A stretch of DNA of 64,000 nucleotides, from assembly GCA_013265495.1 (NCBI GenBank), contig MU058687.1, positions 2,420,001 through 2,484,000 of the forward strand, given 5' to 3'. The position numbers and the translations under genes were made by a program. Shown here piece by piece: positions 1 through 11,359 of this stretch. Source of the stretch: Vicugna vicugna. Taxonomy: Eukaryota. The notes beneath the pieces are model-generated. The model saw nothing but the letters and a program-made list of their open reading frames with translations. It was not told the origin of the DNA and ran no database searches. The stretch's first letter is position 1, and every line of letters begins with the position of its first letter.

Positions 1-1400
1 TTGTTTTTAGTCTTCAAAGTTTGACTCTTGTGTGCTAATGTGGATTTCTTTAGATTCCTCCTGTTTGGGATTTGCTCAACTTTTGAATCTATAGATTTAT
101 GTCTCTTGCCAAATTTGGAGAGTTTTCAGCATTATTTCTTTGAGTACTTTTCAACTACACCCCCCTCTTGTTCCAAAACTCTGATGACACAAATATTAGC
201 CCTTTTGTTAGAGTCCAAAGATTATTGAGACTCTGTTCGTTTTTAAAGTCTATTGTTCTATTTTCAAGTTTACTGATTCTTTCCTCTGCCCTCTCCATTC
301 TGCTACTGAACCAATCTTACTGATTTTTTTTTATTTTGGTTATTGTACTTTTCAGTTCTAAAATGTCCACTTTGTTTTTCTTTGTATTTTCTATTATTTG
401 GCTGAGGCTGTTTTTTCCTTTCATTTGTTCCAAGCATGTTTGTTGCTTATTGAAACATTTTAATGATAGCTGTTTTAAAATCTTTGTCAGCTAATTCTAA
501 CATCCCTGTTGCTTGATATTGGCGTCTATTGATTGTCTTTTTCTTTTTAGTTTGAGATCTTCCTAATTATCATTTTTCATTGGAATCGGTATTTATATTA
601 TGAAACTCTGGGTCTTATTTAAACCTCTTTTAGCTAGTTTTTTTCCTGACACCAGTTGGGCAGGGGAAGAGGGGTTGCAGCCTTGAACTGCCAGGTAGGG
701 GTAGAAGGCAAGGCTTCTTATTGCTCCTGGATGGAGGTGGAGGTGGGAAACCTGGCTCCTCATTAGGTGTCCCTGACACCCCCTGGCTGGGAAGAGTAGG
801 AGTGCCTCATTACTGCTCTCCACATGGCCTCCACTGACACCACAGAGGGAGGGACCTCATTACCGACTGATGGGGATAAAATTCCCAGCTCCCTCCCTAC
901 ATGGCCTCTCTGACACTACCCTGGTGGAGAGGGCAGGGTGCCTCATCACAGCCCAGCAGGATGGAAGTCCAGGCTTCACACCTGGCCACTGCTGCTGGGA
1001 GAGGGGGTGTGGCCCCAGGTTTTCCTGTTGGATTTGGTTAGAGCAGAGTTGCTGTCATCTAAAAGTTTCCTGGCTTGCTAGGCTTCCCTTTCCTAATCCT
1101 TTGGATGGGGAGAGCAGGCTTTGGTTTGGACTTGTAAAAATCTGTGCTTATTGGTGTTTCTAGGTTGCCAGCTTCTTCAGCTTCCATTCTGGGGGATATG
1201 AGGCAAAAGGAAAATACAGAGAACTCACCATCATTTTGTTCCTTGGGCCTCGACATCCCTGGCTGGTCTGCTGTCTTCACTCTACCTTTCAGAGTCTTTT
1301 TATGATTGTTTTATATGCAATGTCGAGGGTTTCTAGTTATATTTAGTGGAAACAATAGGGGAATGTATGTCTATTTCATCTTCCCAGAAGCAGAAATCCT
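1..1400 (-). mobile_element. Ancient L1 (L1ME/L1MD-type) 5' UTR plus decayed ORF1, antisense
   Basis: T-rich antisense ORF1-like sequence (e.g. TTGCCAAATTTGGAGAGTTTTCAGCATTATTTCTT), then a 5'-UTR-like segment ending GTCTATTTCATCTTCCCAGAAGCAGAAATCC, which resembles the reverse complement of old L1M 5' ends. Subfamily uncertain. Confidence 0.7.
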
Positions 1401-1534
1401 ACTGTATGACTTTTAAAATTAGAAAAAACAGTGACTATATATGGTTTTGTGTGTGTCTCGGCGGCGTGGCGGGGAGAGGCGGGGGAGCGTTAAGATACAG
1501 CCACATCAAGGCTCACTGTCAGCCTTTTGATCTC

Positions 1535-1750
1535 ATGCCAGGCACTGTACCGGCACTATAGGGACAGAAGAAAATAAGGCACAATTCCAGCCTCAAGAAG
1601 CTCACGCTGGAGAGGTGAAGCGAGCACATAGGTAAATAAGTACAACACCTGTTACACGTGCTGTGATGGAAATAGGCCCAAGTAAGGAGATCTGTCAGCG
1701 CCCCCAGGGGCCTGGCTTCCTGGAGGAGGAGATGCTTGAGCTGAGTCCAC
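1535..1750 (-). mobile_element. L2 LINE 3' fragment
   Basis: ATGCCAGGCACTGT...CCTCAAGAAGCTCAC...GGCTTCCTGGAGGAGGAGATGCTTGAGCTGAG matches the antisense L2 3' region. Confidence 0.7.
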
Positions 1751-1864
1751 GGGAGCTCCTGGCCCGTCCCTAGAAAAGGTCCTTTCTTGGCAGGTCAGGG
1801 TGGGGACATCAAAGCTGTGGGAGTGGGGGACAGATGAGGGTGGCTATAGCATAACAGTTTAGAG

Positions 1865-2020
1865 CAGCACTTCATGTGCACGTGACACACCAGGGTATCC
1901 TGTTACAATGCAGATTCTGATTCAGTAAGTCTGAGGAAGGATCCAAGAGTCTGCATTTCTAACAAGCTCCCAAGTGATGCCTGTGGAGCTACTAGTCCGT
2001 GGACCACACTTTGAGTAACA
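1865..2020. mobile_element. MER5-family hAT-Charlie MITE
   Basis: AATGCAGATTCTGATTCAGTAAGTCTG...TCTGCATTTCTAACAAGCTCCC...GGACCACACTTTGAG. Confidence 0.85.
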
Positions 2021-2029
2021 AGAGAATAG

Positions 2030-2225
2030 TATGGACTTTGGAGTCAGACAGTGTTCAAGTACCAGCTCTGGTACCAACCAACTAGGCAAGTCACTTAATC
2101 CTCGTCAGTTTCTGCATTTGCAAAATGAAGAAAGACATCAGTAGTTCCTGCCCAATTGAGTTATAGTGAGGACAGCAGAGGCAAGGTATGAACAGCGCCT
2201 AGCACATCATGAGCACACAGTGAAG
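2030..2225 (+). mobile_element. MIR SINE
   Basis: GGACTTTGGAGTCAGAC...GGCAAGTCACTTAA...CAGTTTCTGCATTTGCAAAATG MIR core and L2-like tail. Confidence 0.8.
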
Positions 2226-2954
2226 TGGAGAGAACCAGGCTCATTTCTCTGCTGCTTCCCAACGGCCCCCGGCTCTGATCACTGGTGCACGGGCTGCAGG
2301 GACTATATGGGCCTGGTGATGGCACATGCAGGGTTAACGTTCGGGCTCTTGCCCAGAGACAAATGTTTTGTGTTGAGGAGTTGCTGCTGGGAAGGAAAAG
2401 GAGGGGGGAAAGAAGGCCCCTTTTTTATTATTCTGAGGTGCATTTTAATTTGCACAAGCGACGTTGTGTCTGTGATGGATGACACAGAGGGAAAAATTAC
2501 AGCCCAGGAAGCCCAGCAAAGGGGGAAAAAAATAAAAGAGATCTAGCCAGGATTAAAAACAGCCCATTGTGATGCTGCATCCTGATCAGGGCCTGGGGGC
2601 TGGGGCAGTCGGGGAGGGGTGCACAGGAAGGAAAGTGCCAGGCAGAGCAAACTGAGAATCTGTGGGAAGTTGGCTTTCCTCGCCTCTGGCTACCTCTTGC
2701 TGCTTTGGATTCTCTGCCCCGTGGCATCGCCACCATCTCTGGGTCTGTTTGGGGGAAGCTCTTTGACCGCTTCTCCCATTAACAAAACACAGGAATCTTG
2801 GTGCTCCCTCTTTCCCCAGGGCTTTGTACATCATGGCAACCCAGACAAGGACAGAACCAGAGCAGCCAAGAGTTAGGGATCTAAATGAGGCAGCTCACGT
2901 CCTGATTGCTCCTGAGTGAATTACAGAAGGGAGTTACAGACATACTTCTCTTTG

Positions 2955-3140
2955 GCTTAGTTCAGAGCATGGGTTCTGGAATGGGATTCACAGACCTGAG
3001 TTTGAAACCTGACTTTTCTGCTTAAGAGCTGTGTGACCTTGGGCAAGTTACTTAACCTCTCTGTGCTTCTGTTTCTTTAACTCTAGAATAGAGATAAAAC
3101 AGTACCTATCTCATGAAGACTATTGTGAAGATGAAATAAA
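2955..3140 (+). mobile_element. MIR SINE
   Basis: GCTGTGTGACCTTGGGCAAGTTACTTAACCTCTCTGTGCTTCTGTTTC, canonical MIR core. Confidence 0.9.
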
Positions 3141-4324
3141 ATAGTGAGATTCTTCTCCTGCCCTGGAAAAACATTGGCCAAGCGAGTTTCAGTGGCATGA
3201 GTAGAGTTAGGAAGGGTAGCGATCCTAGCAATAAAACTGGCTGCCCCAGTGCAGACAGCAGCCTCCATGCTCATCTTCAAGACTCTCAGGAAGGAGACCT
3301 CAAAATATGCCTGATCCAACAGCTAACCTATGTCTCTCCTCAGCTCATGGAGTTTCCTCTCCACAAGTTCTTGCAGGTTGGAAAGCATCTGGCCATTGTC
3401 TTCTGTCTAATGTCCCGAGCTGAACTCAGGGAGTCTGCCTGCCCACTTCCTTTTTTGGAGTGAAATTTAAGCAAATCTAAAACTTCTCCATGTAAGACAC
3501 CAGCTCCACAGCCCAGTATCTCAGCCACAGCTGGGCAGGAAAACAGCAGTGATGTTTCTGGCAGTCAGCTCACCAGATGTGGATGGTGCAGGAATAGGAA
3601 CCTCTGAGAAGTCATAAAGGACCCTCGTAGGACACGGCTCTTGCAAATAGCAGCTCTCTTCCAGAGCTAGGCATCCCTCACGTCCTCACTCCTTTATCAG
3701 TAATCCAAATAGCCAACATTTATTGAATATTTCCTATGTTTTAAACAGTCTTTATATCTAGATTGTGCTGTGTGTTTTTTTTCTCTAACGGAGGTGTGTC
3801 TGTACTGTGAATACCAACCTAGGAGTGTTGATCTGAGCTCTTCGGGCGGTATGGTTTAGGGTGAAGCACAATTTGTTAGCACGAGTGTCCAGAGAGTACA
3901 GAAGTTACCAAGAAAGAGCCTGCTTTCTGGGACATGTGCGATCTTTGCTTTGTGCGTATATAAGAGGGCAAAGACAGGGCAAAAATGTTTAATCAAGTGA
4001 CTGTAAAGTCAACTGAATGCTTTTAGAGACTCTGAGACCTTTGCTCTCCTGTCTCCTTAGTGACTGGGTTCCCATTATTATTTTATGGTGTTATTTTGAG
4101 TCTTCATCTGCACTTGGCTCCTGGGAACCCCATGCTTCCCTCTCTGACACAGCCCCGATGTGGGGTCTGGATTTGGGGGAAGGCTTTAGGACCACAGGGA
4201 AGAGTCTTAAAGGAATGTGCTCTGAGTTGCTGGCAAAAAGTCCCACAAGCAAGCATTCTCCTGCTAGTGTCTTTTGCCACCTGTCGGACAGCAGGGGGGG
4301 AATCGATTGGAGTTAGATAAGCCA

Positions 4325-4450
4325 GGTGAGTCTTGCTGTGCTGTGTGACCTCTTTGAGCCTCAGTTTTCTGTTGTACAAAGTGGGATAATACTTACCCTT
4401 CCTGCCTCACAGATTATTAAAAGATCTCAATAATGATCGTTATTAGTTGT
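4325..4450 (+). mobile_element. MIR SINE fragment
   Basis: CTGTGTGACC...GAGCCTCAGTTTTCT...AAAGTGGGATAATA. Confidence 0.75.
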
Positions 4451-5169
4451 GGTCCTATCAGCTTATGTCTAATTAGCCATAGAGGATGACTTCTTGCAGG
4501 GTATCAATGCTAGGTGAGGTCCCTCTTCTCAAGAATCTCTCCCTTGTGAACATCTGTGAGGAGCCTGAAATTCTACCATTCGTGATGCACTTGTTTGGAG
4601 TTATCATCCTCCTTTATTAGTATGAATCCTTTGGGAATGGTGATATCTTCAGTTTTAACAGGTTATCCCTTAGAAAAATGGTTCTTAATTTTTCTACAAT
4701 TAAGACCAGACCTTGTTTGAGAGTCCAATGAAATTTACAGATGTTCTGTCCAGAAACAAGCACAAATTGAGGGTGGCGGTGGGGTCAGAAATCAGCTTCC
4801 TTGCCTCGTCCATTCTATCAGGAGCTTGGCTGCAATGGACATCGCTCTTTATGCCTGCTCTGCATGTCCATCCCCTGCTTTTGGTAACTGCCTCTTACTT
4901 CCCCTTGGGGACCATATACAACAATGAACTGCCCATTTTCCCAAACACACAGGTAACTTCTCACTGTGAGCATTTGCTAGGGCTCTCTCTGTCCACAGAA
5001 GCGTGCTCAGCCCACGTACATGGAGCGGGTAAGATGTGCTGGGGAGTTAATGTCCCCGGAAGCAATCCTCAACCAAAGATAAGCTGTGCATTGGTGGGGA
5101 AATGCCCCACTTTCCTGAAGATTCTGTAACAAAGTGCCACAAACTGGTGGCTTCTACAGTCTCCTGGTG

Positions 5170-5362
5170 GGGGGGGGGCTCCGTGGAGTTAAGCTCCAGT
5201 TGCCTATAATGTAACCTGCTCATTAACACAATTCTATTGTTTCTTCCCTCCCTTGCCTCCCTACCCCGTACCCCTAATGATGCTTTCTGGGACCACCTCC
5301 CATTTAAAATACCATTCAAATCCTTGTCTCAGGGTCTTTTTTGGGGAATCCAGCCAAAGACT
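5170..5362 (+). mobile_element. LTR16-like ERVL LTR, 3' part
   Basis: Ends CAAATCCTTGTCTCAGGGTCTTTTTTGGGGAATCCAGCCAAAGAC, resembling the LTR16 terminus. Confidence 0.7.
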
Positions 5363-5439
5363 CCACATTTTCACCATCTTTCATTCATGCACTTTGGGTG
5401 GAGCCGATCCTACCTGCTGCCCTGAGGTGGGCACCTGAC

Positions 5440-5730
5440 CAAGCTGTGCCACTGAGGGCCATCCCTGGGGCTTTGGCTAAAAGCACAGGGAAAGAGGCCC
5501 AGTCTTTTTCACTGGGGTCCCTGGCCGCAAAGACCAGGAAGGCCTGGAGCTACCAGCGTGGCCTCACCACCAAGTAGAGAAAGACCAAGGCCGAGAAGAT
5601 GGAGAGAGGACAGGAGGGACGATTCCTGATGCCCTGATGGCATCTAGGTCCCAGCTCCGCATGAAACCACACCTACCCATGGGCCATTCCATGACACGAG
5701 CCAACAAAGCCCTTAGTTTGTTACAACTTC
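5440..5730 (+). mobile_element. Old MaLR LTR fragment (MLT1J/K-like)
   Basis: Degenerate GCCTGGAGCT...GAGATGGAGAGA...TCCTGATG...GAGCCAACAAA motifs. Confidence 0.5.
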
Positions 5731-6981
5731 CTGCCTCTCATTGGAGCCAGATATCCCCACCCCAGCAGAGGCAATGTTCTCCACAGGACACTGGAGAGTT
5801 CTTGTGCTGTCTCACAGGGTCTGCTGTTTCCAAGGTGGCGAGCGCACAAAAACCGTGACAGCTTAGCAGCCCCCTGGAGAGAGCAGCACACCCTCCCTCA
5901 CCTCCCAACAGCGCGTCTCCAGTCAGGACAGGGCCGGGCCCACCTCCCTAGATTAGGATCCTGTGGCCCTGCGCTTGCTCCCCCCCAGACCGGTCTCCCC
6001 CAGGTGGGTCACCAGCCTGTAGAACACGCTCACTAAAGTTCAGGGCAACTCCCCGACTCTGCAGGCCTTGCAGGGGGAGCTCTACTGAGCAGCGGGCCCG
6101 CAGACTAGGGCACCGGGCCTGGCTAGTTTGGGGCTAACCTGTGGGGTGTCTGCATTGGCTGCCTCTCCCTCAGCCCTAACTCTCCTTTCCACTAGTGTCT
6201 GAAGATAAAGCACTCGGCACAGTGCCCGGCACACCAGGCTTTTCTAAGTGGTCTCTATTACTGCTACTATCACTACAGCACTGCTACTACTGTCATTTTT
6301 ACCCCTGCCCCTCTTTGGGTCAGGTCTTCAGCATCCATACTTGGATTTTGGCAGCAACATCTTCCTGAATTTATCTTGTCACCCGTATTCCCTCCTCTTC
6401 AGATCCAAACTCTGTACCGGGGAAGCCTCTGTCCCTCCCTGACTGGGTCCTCCTCTTCCTTTCTAAAACTTGTTTCCTCATCCATCTTTCCCTGAACGTA
6501 CTGTCCCAGCATCCCTTTTTGGAGCTGTTCTGCCTGCCCGGATTCTCTCTCACATCTTCCTGTCAAAATTCTTCCAGTTCTCCCAGATTAAGTCAATGAT
6601 CTTCCCCTCTGTGTTAGTCAGGTTGGCCTCAGTAACAAATAGCCCCCGGATCTAAGTGACATGTGGGTGCATAGGAAAGGGTCCTTGCTCATGCACATCA
6701 CATATGCACCATGGAGGCTGGTAGTCTCTGCTCCATGTCCCCCTTACAGGAGACACTGGCTGCAAGGCTCCACCATCTAGAAGGTAGCCATTGGGTGTTG
6801 CCCACTCCATCCAGGTGGTGAGTGGAAGCCATACAACATGATCTTTCCCATGACTGGTTCAGGGACAAGGCTGGGCTAACAAAAGCGAATAAGATGTGAG
6901 GAGAGGCTCGCGTGGGGCTCACTGGAAAGGACTTCTTCAGTCTCACTAGAGAGCTACAAGACACAGCTTCCCAGTGGGCAT

Positions 6982-7408
6982 CGTATTCATTTCCTGAGAT
7001 TTCTGTAACAAATTACCACAAACCGGTGGCTTCAAAGAATAGAAATGTCTTCTCTTACAGTTCAGAGGCCAGAGGACTGAAATCAGGGCATTGGCAGGAT
7101 TGGAAGACTCTAGGGGAGAATCCTTCCTGGCCTCTTCCAGCTTCTGGTGGCTCCAGGTGTCTTGGCTTGCAGCTATGTAAATCCATTCTGTCTTCACATG
7201 GCCTTCTCCTCCATGCCTATGTCCTCCTCTGTCTGTTACAAGGACATTTGTCATTGGATTTAAGACTCAGTAAGCCAATGCAGAATGATCTCATCTGAAG
7301 ATCCTTACCTTAATTACATTTCAAAAGACCCTTTTCCAAATAAGATCATATTCACATATTCCAGGGTATGGACATGTCTTTGGAGGAGCCACCATTCCCC
7401 CAACTACA
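6982..7408 (-). mobile_element. MaLR solo LTR (MLT1B/C-like)
   Basis: TGTAACAAATTACCACAAAC...CCTCTTCCAGCTTCTGGTGGC...TTTCCAAATAAGATCATATTCAC...CAACTACA. Confidence 0.88.
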
Positions 7409-7779
7409 GCAATCTTAAGGAAACCAGCCTGAGAGGGCAGAGCCAACAAATGGCAAAGAACCCAAGCCAGAGCCCTGATCACTCTGTGCCTGAAGCTAAC
7501 CTTACTTCCTTACTCCCTACATGTGAGATGGGTTTCTTTGTCATTCAAGGCAGATTTCCTATTACCTGCACCCCTTCCAGCTTTGACCGCCTGTGTGTGT
7601 CCCCGTCCCTCAGGGATCTTGCTAGACATTCTCCTGGACTCAGATTTCTCCTGCCAGGGGGACTTTGGTTCTCCAGGTCTCGGGCCCCTGCTACATAGCA
7701 CATACTGTTTCCCAGAAATAATTCTGTCCTCTTCATGTTGCTCAGGTTTCCCACCCTCCCCTGTCTGTGTCACCCTGGC

Positions 7780-8530
7780 TGAATTATACATGCAGATTTA
7801 ATCGATCAGCCATTAACCTCACCTTCATGGAGACCATCAATGTGATCAGGCACCTGCTTCTGCTCAACTCACCTCTGCCAGCAGCCGCCCAGGCCCGCCC
7901 CCTTGCCCCTCCAGCTTGTGACTCCCATTCATCACACCTTTGTTTACAGCCTTTCAACCGAGCCCCATCCCTGAGACAGTCCCTGTCCGTGCCAATTTAA
8001 ATTAGTTTTCCCAGTCAGATTTCATGAGACACTGAATCAAAAGCTTTTCTAAAAATCAAAAAGCACTAAATCTTCAGTGGACCCTCTTCCCACTAACATT
8101 ACAAATTAGTTAGAATAAAAAAGCGTTATGGTTTCCCGGCATGACTTCTGCGTAAACCTGCCAGCTCAGTTTATGGCTCAGGCCTCTGTTGCCCTCCAGC
8201 TGCTTACTGGATTTTCTGCTCATAAAATTTATCGTAAATTTTTAATCATAAAATTTGTTCTATGGCTTGCCTACAAACGGAACTTATGGCTTCCCTGGGG
8301 GGGAGTTGCTGGAATCAGTTTTCTTCCTGTTTTTCAAGCCCATTCCCCTGTTTTCCCTCTCTATGCCATCTCCTGTGGTTCCCCCTCATTTTTTGAAAGT
8401 CGATGTCAAGAGTTCCTGAAGTTCATTAGCTAATTCTGGCCAGACCTTTCAGTTTGCATGCCATAGGACCCCCTGATTTATGCATCTCTCCAGCATTTAA
8501 TTTGTCTAAGTGACCCTTTACCTGTTTTTT
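7780..8530 (-). mobile_element. Ancient CR1/L3-type LINE reverse-transcriptase fossil
   Basis: Manual minus-strand translation gives CR1 RT motifs in the correct order, with stops and frameshifts: HLDKLN..HKSGGP/GMQ, ELANELQELLTSTFKK, LKNRKKTDSSN, DLVLFDF/RKAFDSVSHEI*LGKL (core 8002-8050), LKGCKQR/VMNGS, SWRG, IDGLHEGEVNG*SIKSA. Confidence 0.85.
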
Positions 8531-8734
8531 ATTATGACTTACTAATTGCACCCATTTCCTAACTTTATTTTTCTTATTAAAGACAGGTTTTAATCGGTGG
8601 TTCATTTCTCAGCCACTTAAAGACCCTGATTAATTTCACTCACCTCCCAGTCATTCAGGAATGGAGCGCCTCGCTTGCTAATACTTCTTTGTGCCTGACC
8701 TGCCAGGTCTGGAGTTTGTACTTGAGTGGCAAGT

Positions 8735-8945
8735 AGCTGCCTGGGTATAGGCACCGGGTCTGGTTCAGATTCTGCCTCCAACCACTTCTCGGTTGCCTAA
8801 TACTACTTTAACTTCCTGTGCCCAGTTTCCTCATCTATAAAAGGAGGACAATGAAACCGACTAAACCCTCACGATGGGACTCAGTGAGACAGTGCAAGCC
8901 CACGAGGTCCTGGCACTTAGTGAGCAGTTAGTAAACACCAACTAT
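8735..8945 (+). mobile_element. MIR SINE
   Basis: GGTTCAGATTCTGCCTCC...CAGTTTCCTCATCTATAAAAGG...CCTGGCACTTAGTGAGC. Confidence 0.8.
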
Positions 8946-9280
8946 ACTTTGTAAATACTCACTATGCTTTTGGGGGAAGCTCTTTTCCATCCAAATAGCC
9001 TCATCTAATTCATTCTTCTCTGAGCAACCTCTGAGTTTCTAGCATTCAGCCAGGTTGAAGAGGGGACGACTAGAGCTGAATATTATTACCTGGTTTCCAA
9101 TTCCAGGTTCTTTTCTTGACAGCACACCACCTCCCAGCCCGTTAGTTCCAAGCCCTCAAGCTGAGGAGAATTTCAGGGCAAAGAGACAACTTTAAACTCC
9201 TGAGCCCGTGGGAACCCACCCACTCTCTCAGTCAGGGGCACTGAGCTGGGGTGCAGTCTTGAGTCCTCTGACTCCCTAAC

Positions 9281-10803
9281 CCAGAGCGTCTCAACCTTTA
9301 TGGGCTGCACTGTAGAATCACCTGGAGATCTTAAAAAACATCCCAATGCCTAGGCCTTGGCCCAGGCCCATTAAATCAGAATCTGGTGTAGGACCCAGGC
9401 ATTGTTATTTCTTGCTTTTTTTTTTTTAAAGTGAAATATAATTGATGTACAATATTACATAAGTTACAGGTATATGTACAATATAGTGATTCACAATTTT
9501 TAAAGGTTATGCTCCAATCATAGTAATAAAATATTGGCTTTATTCCCTGTGTTGTACAATATATTCTTGTAGCTTATTTTATACATAATAGTTTGTACCT
9601 TTTAATCCCCTACCCCTATATTGTCCCTTCCCACTTCTCTCTTCCCACTGGTAGCCACTACTTTATTCTCTATGTCTGTGAGTCTGTTTCTTTTTTGTTA
9701 TATTCACCAGTTTGTCGTATTTTTTAGATTCCACATACAAGTGATACCATACAGAATTTGTCTTTCTCTGCCTGACATTTCACTTAGCATGATAATCTCC
9801 AAGTCCATGCATGTTGCTGCAAATGGCAAAATTTCATTCTTTTTATGGCTGAGTAGTATTCCACTGTATATACCCCACAGCTTCTTTATCCAGTCATCTG
9901 TTGATGACACTTAGGTTCCTTCCATATCTTGGCAAATGTGAATAACGCTGTTATGAACATTGGGGTGCATGTGTCTTTTCAAATTAGTGTTCTTGTTTTT
10001 TTTGGATATACACCCAGGAGGGGAGTTGCCAGGTCATGTGGTAGTGCTATTTTTAATTTTTTGAAAAACTTCCACACTGTTTTCCACAGTGACTGTACCA
10101 ATTTACATTCCCACCAACAGTGTACGAGGGTTCCCTTTTCTCCACATTCTCACCAACGTTTGTTATTTGTGTTATTTTTGATGATAGCTATACCAACGGA
10201 TGGGAAGTAGTACCTCATTGTGGTTATGATTAACATCTCCTTGACGATTAGCGACGTTGAGTCTCTTTTCATGCACCTGTTGGCCATCCGCATTTCCCCT
10301 TTGGAAAAATGTCTGTTCAGTTCTGGTCATCTTTTAATCAGGTTGTTGTTTGCTTTTTTGATGTTGAATTGTATGAACTACTTATATATGTTGGATATTA
10401 ACCCCTTATCAGTCATATCATATGCAAATACCTTCTCCCAGTCAGTAGGCTGTCTTCTCATTTTGTCAGTGGTTTCCTTTGCTGTGCAAAAGTTTTTAAG
10501 CTTGATTGGGTCCTGTTTGTTTATTTTTGCTTTTGTTTCCTTTACTTTAGGAGACAGATTCAAAAAAATATTGCTACAGTTTATGTCAAAAAGTGTTCTG
10601 CCTATGTTTTCCACTAGGAGTTTTGTGGTTTCCAGTCTTACATTTAGGCCTTTAATCCATTTTTAGTTTATGTTTGTATATGATGTTAGAGAATGTTCTG
10701 AATGATTTAAAAAAAAAGACAAGACCCATACGTATGCTGCTGACATTGTTAGTTCTTAAAGCTTCTCAGGTAATGTCAATGTGCGGCCGCAGTTGAAAAT
10801 CTA
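9281..10803. mobile_element. MER5A MITE split by an L1 insertion (pieces ~9281-9413 and ~10744-10803)
   Basis: AGAATCACCTGGAG...TTAAATCAGAATCT...GGACCCAGGCAT on the left; resumes TTAAAGCTTCTCAGGTAAT...GTTGAAAATC on the right of the L1. Confidence 0.75.
9414..10743 (-). mobile_element. 5'-truncated lineage L1 (3' ORF2 + 3' UTR + poly-A) with short 5' inversion
   Basis: Poly-T at ~9416-9427. Minus-strand ORFs translate as L1 ORF2 C-terminus (ENIGRTLFDINCSNIFL...KINKQDPIKLKNFCTAKET...RRQPTDWEKVFA; DDWIKKLWGIYS). TSD CATTGTTATTTCTT (9400-9413) / CATTGTTAGTTCTT (10744-10757). Confidence 0.95.
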
Positions 10804-10813
10804 TTCACTTACA

Positions 10814-10985
10814 CCAGTGCTTCTCAAGTTTTGGAGTAAATCAGAGTCACCTGGAGGGCCTGTTAAACCTCAAATCGCTGGGTCCACCCTGGGTTTCAGT
10901 AGTTCTGGGATGGGGCTGGAGGAATACATATCTAATGAGTTCCAAGATGCTGCTCCTGCTGGACCACACTTTGAGAATCGCTGCT
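10814..10985. mobile_element. MER5A MITE
   Basis: Termini CAGTGCTTCTCAAG...TTTGAGAATCGCTG; internal TCAGAGTCACCTGGAGGGCCTGTTAAA. Confidence 0.85.
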
Positions 10986-11359
10986 CTGGACCATCTCACT
11001 CAAGTCTCACCCAATCGTGCAGATGCTCCTGGGTGCCTGACACACTGCATGTTTCCCTTCTGTGTCACCCTTCCCTTATGAGAGCCCTCCCCCCAGAGCT
11101 CTGTCCAGACCCCATTCACGTGGGAAGAGAAGACTTTAATAAAACAGGAGACATGAGGAAATTCGACCTCAGATAAATAGGGCTGATTATGAAATGAAAG
11201 GGCAAAGGGCAGAAGAGTTAATTAACTTGAATGTCTGTGTCACTTATTTAACATATCCCTTCAATAGTAAGAGGTGATTTTCATCCTGTGACCAGCAGCT
11301 TTGGTCTTAATAGATGGAGCAGCCAAGGGATACAGGCCACTTTGGAGAAACGTGCTCTC

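Noticed and set aside
7780..8530. Functional reverse-transcriptase gene
   Set aside because: Multiple stops and frameshifts, and the catalytic FADD motif has decayed (reads IKSA).
9621..10666. Hydrophobic plus-strand ORFs resembling membrane proteins
   Set aside because: They are the antisense reading of L1 ORF2/3' UTR.
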